64,000 nucleotides of DNA from an uncultured Helicobacteraceae bacterium (GTDB lineage Bacteria; Campylobacterota; Campylobacteria; Campylobacterales; UBA6016). Made by a program: the position numbers and the translations under genes. Below the pieces are notes generated by a model. The model had not been told where the DNA came from. It was given only the letters and a program-made list of their open reading frames with translations, and ran no database searches. The stretch covers positions 28,733 through 92,732 of the forward strand of contig CALJKN010000192.1 of the NCBI GenBank assembly GCA_937973585.1, in the 5' to 3' direction. Shown here in pieces: positions 33,452-41,503 of the stretch (positions within the stretch are counted from its first letter, which is position 1; every line of letters begins with the position of its first letter).

Positions 33452-35656
33452 CTAGTAAAACTTAGCATTTGCGAGTTCGACCTTGTTCTGGGCGGATGCC
33501 ATTACTTTGACCTCCACTTCGTCGCCTTCGCTTAGATGATCTCTAACATTATTGATTCTCTTGTCGGAGACTTTTGAGATATGCATTAGCCCCTCTTGAC
33601 CGTTTGGAAGCTCAACAAACGCACCGAAATCTACTATTTTTTTTACTTTCCCCTTCACTACTGCCCCAACCTCTAAAAGGTCATATTTTTTTGCCGGAGC
33701 TTTCGGTTTTGCAATCGTTAGTATGTGCTCTTTGGCTCCGTCAACTTTTGCTTTGTCTCTGCCGACAACTTTTACTCTACCTTTTTCACGATCCAGATCT
33801 ATCGCAACCTCAAATCTCTCTATAATCTCTTTTATCGTTTTTCCGGCTTGTCCGATAATATCTACTATCTTGCCCGTATCGACATGAAATATCTCCGTGC
33901 TCGGTAATACCGAATCATTAAACACTATCTTTGCCTCTGCATCCTCCATCAAGGATAGTATATGCTCCCTACCCTCTTTAGCTTGCAAAAGCGCTGCTTT
34001 AAGCAGTTCAAAATCTAGTCCGCCAAGCTTTATATCCATCTGCAGAGCCGTTACCCCTTTTCTGGTTCCGGCCACTTTAAAGTCCATATCGCCGTCAAAG
34101 TCCTCAAGACCTATTATGTCGCTTAGGATTGCATATTTATCGTTTTCTTTTACAAGCCCCATAGCTATTCCGGCACATAGAGAGGTAAGCGGTACTTTTG
34201 CGGCCTTCATAGACAAAACACCGGCACATACGGTAGCCATCGATGACGAACCGTTTGATTCCAAAATCTCGGATACAACCCTTACAATCGGTTCATATGT
34301 TTTTGGGATCAAACACTCTATTGCTCTCTTAGCCAAATTTCCATGCCCAAGCTCCCTTCTGCCTGGAGCCCCGACACGACTTGCCTCGCCGACTGAGAAA
34401 CCCGGAAAATTGTAGTGCAGCATAAATCTCTCGGCCTGAGAACCTTTGTCTGTTAGATTTTCAAAAGATTGTTTATCCATATCGCTTCCAAGTGTTGCGA
34501 CGGCCAAAGCCTGCGTCTGACCTCTGGTAAAAAGGCAAGAGCCGTGTGCCATAGGGAGGATGTTTGTCTCGATACTAATAGGCCTCACCTCGTTTAGTTT
34601 TCTACCGTCAGGTCTTTGATGTTTATGGAGGATTAGCCCCCTTAGTATCTCTCTTTTTATCTTTTCTGCACTAAAAGCCACAAGCTCTTTGTCGTAGCCA
34701 AACTCTTGCACAAAAGGGTCTGCAACGATATCGTCAATTACGTTTTGAATCGCACTGCTTCTTTCCGATTTGCTAAGCTCCGTTATAGCGTTTTCCAATT
34801 TGCCGGTATAATAATTTTTGATATGCTCTATTAGCTTGTCGTCTTGGATTATTGTTTTTAGCCCGTAATCTCTAGTTTGTGCTTTTAGAGCCGATAGTTT
34901 AGGGGTTAGCTCCGTAGAGGCGGCTTTTATTGCATCGGATGCAAATTTTATAGCCTCCAACAACTCCTCTTCGGATATCTCGTTTGATTTGAAGTTTTCG
35001 ATAATCTCCGCATTCAAACCTAAATCCAAAAACGGAACTACCGGCTGCATAGATCCTACTTCGATATCCTCGGTAGATACGGCTCTCATCTCTATCATCA
35101 GTATCTCTTCTTCTGTTCCGGCCACAAACAAATCAAGGGAGCTTTTTTCGTTTAAATCGGCTATTGATGGATTTAAAACAAGCTTTCCGTCTATTTTTGC
35201 AACCCTTACCCCTAGAACCAATTTTTCAACAGGGATGTCTGATATAAATACGGCCGCAGACGCAGAATTGAGAGCCAAAACTTGCAAGTCGGCACTTTCG
35301 TCACAGCTAAAAACAGTCGTAGTAATTTGGGTTTGATAGTTGTACCCTTTTGGGAAAAGCGGTCTAAGGCTTCTATCAATTAGTCTTGACGTAAGGGTCT
35401 CGAAGTCACTCGGCTTACTCTCTCTTTTTACAAAACCCCCTGGAAACTTTCCGGCAGCATAGCTTTTCTCAATATATTGAACCGTTAAAGGTAAAAAATC
35501 CTCATTTATCATTTTTCTTTCGCTTACAACCGCAGACAAAAGAACACTTTTTTCACTTGTGAGGGTTACCGATCCATCGGCAAATTTTGCCATTTTACCT
35601 GTTTCAAATACATCTTTTTTGCCGAAAACCTCAGTAGATACCGATGAGAACTTCAT
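33452..35656 (-). CDS. pnp: Polyribonucleotide nucleotidyltransferase (PNPase)
   Basis: 734 aa. Two RNase PH domains, then KH (IGQAGKTIKEI) and S1 (GKVKKIVDFGAFVEL). Confidence 0.95.
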   Translation of the reverse strand: MKFSSVSTEVFGKKDVFETGKMAKFADGSVTLTSEKSVLLSAVVSERKMINEDFLPLTVQYIEKSYAAGKFPGGFVKRESKPSDFETLTSRLIDRSLRPLFPKGYNYQTQITTTVFSCDESADLQVLALNSASAAVFISDIPVEKLVLGVRVAKIDGKLVLNPSIADLNEKSSLDLFVAGTEEEILMIEMRAVSTEDIEVGSMQPVVPFLDLGLNAEIIENFKSNEISEEELLEAIKFASDAIKAASTELTPKLSALKAQTRDYGLKTIIQDDKLIEHIKNYYTGKLENAITELSKSERSSAIQNVIDDIVADPFVQEFGYDKELVAFSAEKIKREILRGLILHKHQRPDGRKLNEVRPISIETNILPMAHGSCLFTRGQTQALAVATLGSDMDKQSFENLTDKGSQAERFMLHYNFPGFSVGEASRVGAPGRRELGHGNLAKRAIECLIPKTYEPIVRVVSEILESNGSSSMATVCAGVLSMKAAKVPLTSLCAGIAMGLVKENDKYAILSDIIGLEDFDGDMDFKVAGTRKGVTALQMDIKLGGLDFELLKAALLQAKEGREHILSLMEDAEAKIVFNDSVLPSTEIFHVDTGKIVDIIGQAGKTIKEIIERFEVAIDLDREKGRVKVVGRDKAKVDGAKEHILTIAKPKAPAKKYDLLEVGAVVKGKVKKIVDFGAFVELPNGQEGLMHISKVSDKRINNVRDHLSEGDEVEVKVMASAQNKVELANAKFY

Positions 35657-35667
35657 TATACGCCTTT

Positions 35668-35934
35668 TTAAAATCTAAATCTTTTTTTGTAATCTTCAAA
35701 TGGATATTGAGAGGAGACCTCGCCCTCGTCCAATTTAAATCTGTAATTTTCCATATACCCCAAAAGGAGTTTATAACTTTTTGAGAGTTTTGACATACTC
35801 TCTTCGTCTCCACCGCAATCAGGGTGCATTTTTTTGGAGAGCTCTTTGTATCTTTTTTTTAGCTCTTTTGCCGTTATAAGCGGAGGGAGTTTCATAAAAG
35901 CCCTAGCCTCTTCAATCTCCCCGAAAAAACTCAT
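35668..35934 (-). CDS. Small J-domain protein
   Basis: 88 aa. KELKKRYKELSKKMHPDCGG carries the HPD motif. Confidence 0.6.
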   Translation of the reverse strand: MSFFGEIEEARAFMKLPPLITAKELKKRYKELSKKMHPDCGGDEESMSKLSKSYKLLLGYMENYRFKLDEGEVSSQYPFEDYKKRFRF

Positions 35935-37313
35935 TTTAGAAAACTGGAGGCTCCGCCGACCATATATTTTAAATCGTCATCTACAAAAGTTACGCCGACC
36001 CCACCGAATACGTTTGCCGCTTTTTTGTTAAGGAAGTTGTCATATCCGGCAACCAAATCCACATGCTTTAGGAGTCTGTATCTTACACTTGCTTTCAAAT
36101 GCGCCTTGTCGCCTCTCACATCGTTTTGGGCGCTAAAATCATAAGCGTCAAATGAAGCTTTGATTTTATCGTTTTTAGCAAAATAATCTATACCGACTCC
36201 TCCGGTTGACTCAATTATCCCACCCCTAACCATAACGTTATCATATCTTTTACCAAATTGAGCCGATACATATGTCTTGCTTTTTGAGTGCTTTTCCGGT
36301 TCGACAAAATTTTTTGCCCCATCTGTTATTGTATTATCCCTATTAGATACTACGTCAACCAGATAGTGCTTTGTAGGCGAAGGGGAATAATCGGCGCTAA
36401 AATACCCTTTCGTAGTTTTATCTTTACCCATATACTCCCCTCTGAGGGCAAGCTCAAGACGACTATCGGTTCCTTTTGAGATATATTTGTCTAACTTTTT
36501 CATAGTATCGTTACCGTTTGCAAAAAAAGTGTCTACCGATTTTAGGGCACTATTTAGAGGCTGCTTATTCTCCCCTATAACCTCTTGTAACTCTTTTTCT
36601 ATTGTGGCAAATCTATCCATTATTTCCGGAAGTTTTTTATTTACGTCTTTACCTGTTTGGGCAAACTCTCTTGAGAGGTCATCGATTTGAGCCAGAATTT
36701 TCGGAAGCCTTTCGTTTACCGTAACCCCCGTTGTTTTAAACTCTTTTGACATAGCCCCAAACTCTTTTGCCGCCACGGCTACGTTTTTAGCCATCTCATT
36801 AAAATTTTTGATAGTGTCTTGAATGTTTTCTCTCGAATCGGTATTAAAAGTCCCTCTAAGCTCCGATATAAACATCTTTAGCTCGTTTGCGGCAGAGTTT
36901 ATGCTAGTAGCAGTCTCATCAAAAGAGGCAAACTTCTCCTCTTTTAACAACACACCCCCCTCGGTCAAGTAGTTTTTTTGCTTCCCGGGTCTAATCTCAA
37001 CAAATTTTGTCCCGAGTAGTGAGTCTTGAGCTAGGTTAACGGTAGAGTCTGCAGGGATAAATACGGTTGAGAATATAACCATTGTTATTTTCGGCCTATT
37101 CCCCTCTAGTGTTTTTTGTTTGACAAAACCGACATCAACTCCGCCGATTTTTACTTTTGCATTCACATCTAGACCGGATAGGTTTTCCAGATATGCACTG
37201 AGGATATAGCCGTCTTTGCCGATATTGGTCACCTTGCTAACCTGTAGGCTTAGTAAAAATAACGCCACTAGCCCGACTAGTACGAATAACCCTACTTTTG
37301 CCTCTGTTTTCAT
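35931..37313 (-). CDS. MCE/MlaD-domain protein with helical middle and beta-rich C-terminal region
   Basis: 460 aa. N-terminal TM plus MCE domain, a long helical segment, and the last ~150 aa with an alternating beta-strand-like pattern ending GGASSFLK. Confidence 0.6.
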   Translation of the reverse strand: MKTEAKVGLFVLVGLVALFLLSLQVSKVTNIGKDGYILSAYLENLSGLDVNAKVKIGGVDVGFVKQKTLEGNRPKITMVIFSTVFIPADSTVNLAQDSLLGTKFVEIRPGKQKNYLTEGGVLLKEEKFASFDETATSINSAANELKMFISELRGTFNTDSRENIQDTIKNFNEMAKNVAVAAKEFGAMSKEFKTTGVTVNERLPKILAQIDDLSREFAQTGKDVNKKLPEIMDRFATIEKELQEVIGENKQPLNSALKSVDTFFANGNDTMKKLDKYISKGTDSRLELALRGEYMGKDKTTKGYFSADYSPSPTKHYLVDVVSNRDNTITDGAKNFVEPEKHSKSKTYVSAQFGKRYDNVMVRGGIIESTGGVGIDYFAKNDKIKASFDAYDFSAQNDVRGDKAHLKASVRYRLLKHVDLVAGYDNFLNKKAANVFGGVGVTFVDDDLKYMVGGASSFLK

Positions 37314-37320
37314 TGTTGCC

Positions 37321-39429
37321 TCATTTGGAAGTACTTATCGAATAAGCCTGATTTACCCCGCCTAGAGGGATAAGATTGATACTAAAATATATTATATAGT
37401 TTTTAATTGAACTGGTATCTGTACTTGTTAGAATTGGGGTATTCTCATTTTTTATCTTAACGGCGTAATTGATACATCTTTTGCTCATAGATGCCCCTAT
37501 ACTCCAAGCCCTCGTCTCTTTTGCCGCTTCGTCGTATTCGTATGTGCCGAATACATCATAGATATATCCAAACTTTTGAGATGCGCCGAGGGTATAATAA
37601 TTCCCTTTGTCGCTCCCCAAAAGGGTGGCTTTGTTTTTATAGACATGCGACAATGATACGGCACTCTCTTTATCATCGTATTTAATGGTAGTTGTGGAGG
37701 CCGATATCCGGCTATAGTCGTTTGAATAAAAAACGTCGGTTACAACTGAAAAATCTTTAGTCGGGTAGTATGCAATCTCATTTTCGGTATCCGAATATCT
37801 GTATGCGGCCCTAGAATCGTCGTGGTATATATATTGGTTTAACCTATGAATTAAAATTAGGCTCCCTTTTGTATCATAAAAAAACTGGCTTAGCTTAAAT
37901 GCGCTATTTTCACTCTCGGAACTACTTGTGACAAGTGAAGTCAACTCGTCTTTCACGCTTGGGTAATTTTTCTCAGATTTCGTACCCGGCTTTGTATATG
38001 TATACTCCAAATTCAGATAATGGGTAAAATTCTCATATGGCTTTATTAGGTCTGTAAATAATCCTGCTTTATGGGTTGCACTATAAAATGAATAATCTTT
38101 CAATTCCGCATTCGCAATATTTGAAAAAGAGACTTTATTTGCGTAAAGATTCTCCGATACCTTTACTCCAACCAAATCATTAAAAAATCTATCGGTGTAC
38201 GTTATAGGGAGTGCAATCTCATTTTGCAGGGCGTTTATGCCGCTCCTTCTATCAAACCTAGCGCTTTTTGCATCAGCTGAAAAAAGGAGTGTGTGTAGCC
38301 ATAAACTATCAGTGCTATGATGATAATGAAATTTCGGATACTCTTGAATGGTATCATCATTTGATGTTTTAGAGGTATCTATGTAGTATTTTCCGTAAAT
38401 ACCGAAATAGTTATTTTGCTTTTGGTAAAAATAGTTGATTTTCGAGGTTGTTATTTTATCAACTACGTTATCCCGAAAGTTATCTCTGTTTTTTAGATTT
38501 ACATAGTCGATGTCGTTTAGATAGTTGATATCTACGTAAAAACCGTCTTCCGAATCTTTTGAAAACTTATCGGTAAATACTTTCTCCCTATCGTAAAAAA
38601 CTGAAAAACCGTAGTGTGAGCCGTATTTTAGGTTATAAATCTCTTTAAATGATTTTTCATCACCGAAATACCCGCCTTTGATATAACCTCTGGAGTACGG
38701 AGAATCCATAAACCTAAAAGTCTGGTTTATCCCCTTCCCTCTTTTTGTTCTAATCTGCGGATTTGTCTCACTATCCCAACCGGAATCCGGATCGGTTACA
38801 AAATATATCGGCTGCATATATATGAAGCCTTCGTTGCCTTTTAGCCCTATATCCGGTTTTAGTAGACCGCTCCTTCTGGTTTTATCTGTTGAAAAAGAGA
38901 AATACGGACTATAAAGAATCGGTACCGAACCTAGATATAGTGTTGCACTATTTAAAGCCATCACCTTTGAGTCGGTATCATATTCGCTACTTGAATATTC
39001 TAATCTCCAATCCGGATTTGCAGGGTTACAACTGGAGCTGACAGATGAATTCGTGGAATATACTTTTCCTTTTACATCCCCTTTTTTTGAGGATACCCAT
39101 ACGTCATCGGCAATATTTTGCATAAAAAACTTATCAAAAAAACCGCTCTTAGCCTCAGTATTAAACACCACATAATCAGACAATATCTGCATAGATGAAT
39201 CTTTGAGGATAAAAATATCCCCATAACCCTCTATAGTAGAGTTTTTCTTGTCGTAAACCAGCTTGTCGGCTTTTATATAGTAGCCGTCTCCGGTAGCTAC
39301 CGCCTCCCCTATCGCCGTTACTATCTCGTCGCTATGCTCTACTTTTTTTGCTACGATTTCGACTTTTTCATTTGCCAAAAGTGCCGAGGCGCACATAAAA
39401 GATAATAAAAAAAGTTTTTTAGCGCCCAT
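37321..39429 (-). CDS. lptD: LPS-assembly outer membrane protein LptD (OstA)
   Basis: 702 aa. Signal peptide, OstA-like N-domain, and a large Tyr/Asp/Asn-rich beta-barrel region. Confidence 0.75.
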   Translation of the reverse strand: MGAKKLFLLSFMCASALLANEKVEIVAKKVEHSDEIVTAIGEAVATGDGYYIKADKLVYDKKNSTIEGYGDIFILKDSSMQILSDYVVFNTEAKSGFFDKFFMQNIADDVWVSSKKGDVKGKVYSTNSSVSSSCNPANPDWRLEYSSSEYDTDSKVMALNSATLYLGSVPILYSPYFSFSTDKTRRSGLLKPDIGLKGNEGFIYMQPIYFVTDPDSGWDSETNPQIRTKRGKGINQTFRFMDSPYSRGYIKGGYFGDEKSFKEIYNLKYGSHYGFSVFYDREKVFTDKFSKDSEDGFYVDINYLNDIDYVNLKNRDNFRDNVVDKITTSKINYFYQKQNNYFGIYGKYYIDTSKTSNDDTIQEYPKFHYHHSTDSLWLHTLLFSADAKSARFDRRSGINALQNEIALPITYTDRFFNDLVGVKVSENLYANKVSFSNIANAELKDYSFYSATHKAGLFTDLIKPYENFTHYLNLEYTYTKPGTKSEKNYPSVKDELTSLVTSSSESENSAFKLSQFFYDTKGSLILIHRLNQYIYHDDSRAAYRYSDTENEIAYYPTKDFSVVTDVFYSNDYSRISASTTTIKYDDKESAVSLSHVYKNKATLLGSDKGNYYTLGASQKFGYIYDVFGTYEYDEAAKETRAWSIGASMSKRCINYAVKIKNENTPILTSTDTSSIKNYIIYFSINLIPLGGVNQAYSISTSK

Positions 39430-39868
39430 CTAACACCAACGTTTTTGCGGCTTTATCGTGCCACCCTTGTCTGTATTTATCGAAAAAAGCCCACAAAAAT
39501 CCGAGATAAAAAAGGGTCTCGCCTAAAAACCTAACCGCTGCCCTCAAAAAAGAGTATCTCCAGCCGGGATTATCCAAAAGCTCCATATCTACGACTCTTA
39601 TTTTGAGTAGCATTTTTCCGATTGTCGCACCGTATAGTTTTGTAAAGATCGCCTGATAGCATATCTCCACGACAGTCGTAAAAACTATAGCCTGATTTAG
39701 AGCGGCTACAACGCCTTGCAGGTCTTTACCTTCAAACCGTCCACCCATGGCCGCAAATACTATAAGTGCCAATAGGAGTTTATCAAGAACAAATGCCAAA
39801 ACCCTTTTTGACACCGGAGCAATACTCAGCTCCTCTTTGTATAGCCTATATTCTAAATCTCTTTCCAT
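39419..39868 (-). CDS. RDD-family membrane protein
   Basis: 149 aa. RVLAFVLDKLL ... GWHDKAAKTLV matches the RDD pattern. Confidence 0.65.
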   Translation of the reverse strand: MERDLEYRLYKEELSIAPVSKRVLAFVLDKLLLALIVFAAMGGRFEGKDLQGVVAALNQAIVFTTVVEICYQAIFTKLYGATIGKMLLKIRVVDMELLDNPGWRYSFLRAAVRFLGETLFYLGFLWAFFDKYRQGWHDKAAKTLVLDGR

Positions 39869-39875
39869 AAAGATC

Positions 39876-41141
39876 CTACAAAACCTGATACGCTATATCA
39901 CTTCTATATTGCATCCCGCCAAAGCTAACCGTAGACATCACCTCGTAGGCATTTTTTTGAGCCGTTTTGATATCGCCTCCAAAACCCACAGCCGCCAATA
40001 TCCTACCACCGTTTGCGTAAAGGCCGTCACTTCTGGCTTCAACACCGGCAAAAGAGATATGTCCTAAATTAGACATTTCGGATAATTTTTGTTCATCTAT
40101 CTCGATCTTTACCGGTGCGGTATTTGAATACGGATATTTTTCGCTTGCAGCTATAACGGCTACGCTAAAGCTGTTTTTGATGGAAAATTGTAGATTCTCT
40201 ACCTCTCCACCCGCACAAGCATCAAACAGCTCCAAAACATCACTCTCGATAAGGGTCATCAAAACCTCACACTCCGGATCGCCAAACCTGACGTTAAACT
40301 CCAATGTATACGGCTCATTATTCACAACCATTATCCCCGCAAAAAGGACACCCTCAAACGGACACCCCTCCGAGTGCATCGCTTTTACGGTAGGGGCTAT
40401 GATATTTTTTTCGATTTTTTCCATAATTTCAGGGGTACATAGCGGAGTCGGGGCATAAGCTCCCATCCCTCCGGTATTTGGCCCCTCATTGCCGTCCTTT
40501 AGCCTTTTATGGTCTTGCGCCGCAGGGAGAATTTTGTAGTTTACACCGTCCGTCAATGCAAAGACGGACAACTCAAATCCATCCAAAAACTCTTCTATGA
40601 CGACTTTTTTACCGGCATCTCCAAAGCTGTCGCCGTTTAGCATATCTTTTGCCGCTTCTTTGGCTTCATCTTTGGTTTCGCAGATTATAACCCCTTTGCC
40701 GGCACAAAGTCCGTCGGCCTTTACGACAATATAGCCATCCATGGCATCGATAAAATCGAATGCCTCGGCTTCACTGGAGGTCTCTATATATTTTGCCGTA
40801 GGGATATCGTATTTAGCCAAAATATTTTTCATAAAAGCTTTTGAGGACTCCAGCCTTGCCGCTTTTTTGGATGGGCCGAATATTTTTAGGTTATGTTTTT
40901 TGAATACATCTACTATGCCGGACGACAAAGGTGCTTCTGGTCCAACAATAGTCAAATCTATACTATTTTTCTTTGCAAAAGAGGCAAGCCCCTCATAATC
41001 GGTGATGTCGATATTCTCACCGACTCTACTTGTTGCACCGTTACCGGGTGCGAAATATAGCTTATTTAATTTTTTACTTTTTTTGACGGCTAATCCTATA
41101 GAAAACTCTCTAGCACCGTTACCGACTATTAAAACATTCAT
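39876..41141 (-). CDS. purD: Phosphoribosylamine-glycine ligase
   Basis: 421 aa. MNVLIVGNGAREFSI..., ATP-grasp core, GGMGAYAP. AAGGA RBS. Confidence 0.95.
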   Translation of the reverse strand: MNVLIVGNGAREFSIGLAVKKSKKLNKLYFAPGNGATSRVGENIDITDYEGLASFAKKNSIDLTIVGPEAPLSSGIVDVFKKHNLKIFGPSKKAARLESSKAFMKNILAKYDIPTAKYIETSSEAEAFDFIDAMDGYIVVKADGLCAGKGVIICETKDEAKEAAKDMLNGDSFGDAGKKVVIEEFLDGFELSVFALTDGVNYKILPAAQDHKRLKDGNEGPNTGGMGAYAPTPLCTPEIMEKIEKNIIAPTVKAMHSEGCPFEGVLFAGIMVVNNEPYTLEFNVRFGDPECEVLMTLIESDVLELFDACAGGEVENLQFSIKNSFSVAVIAASEKYPYSNTAPVKIEIDEQKLSEMSNLGHISFAGVEARSDGLYANGGRILAAVGFGGDIKTAQKNAYEVMSTVSFGGMQYRSDIAYQVL

Positions 41142-41169
41142 TTGTTTCCTTGGGAAGTTATAGAAAGGG

Positions 41170-41372
41170 AAAAAACCCGGACGGGCGTTCTCATTAGAGA
41201 CTTTGGTCCTCCAAAGTCAAGTATTTGTGCTCTAGCCCGACCTTTAGGCGGCAACCTCTCGGAAATCAGATCCTCAGGCAAGGCCACCGAACACACCGGC
41301 GGGTCATTATGAGCAGACTGTTTATAGTTCGTTAGGACCCAAAATTTTACGGGTAGCGCACCGTCCAGGAAA
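41170..41372 (-). ncRNA. ssrS: Rod-shaped structured RNA upstream of purD; candidate epsilonproteobacterial 6S RNA (purD RNA motif)
   Basis: Six nested helices found by eye (plus-strand coordinates): 41176-87/41357-69, 41201-10/41334-43, 41215-18/41316-19, 41228-32/41311-15, 41236-39/41300-03, 41247-52/41283-88. A symmetric ~13x13-nt internal loop is present. The closing helix is followed by U6 (41175-41170), 29 nt before the purD ATG. Confidence 0.55.
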
Positions 41373-41503
41373 AGAAGAGGCATTGTATGCCATCTTCGAT
41401 TAACAATAGCTTACAAACGTTTTTGGATGCGGCCTTTACTTACGGCTAATATTTATATTTTTAGGCATACAATAGCTTACATCATTAATTATCGGAGAGT
41501 AGG

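Noticed and set aside
41176-41372. The purD-upstream RNA as a ZTP, TPP, glycine or purine riboswitch.
   Set aside because: Fragments such as GCCGCCU, CUGAGG...CUGAU and CACCGAA resemble pieces of those consensus sequences, but the required neighbouring motifs and pseudoknot partners are absent. The overall single-rod architecture fits 6S/purD-motif RNA better.
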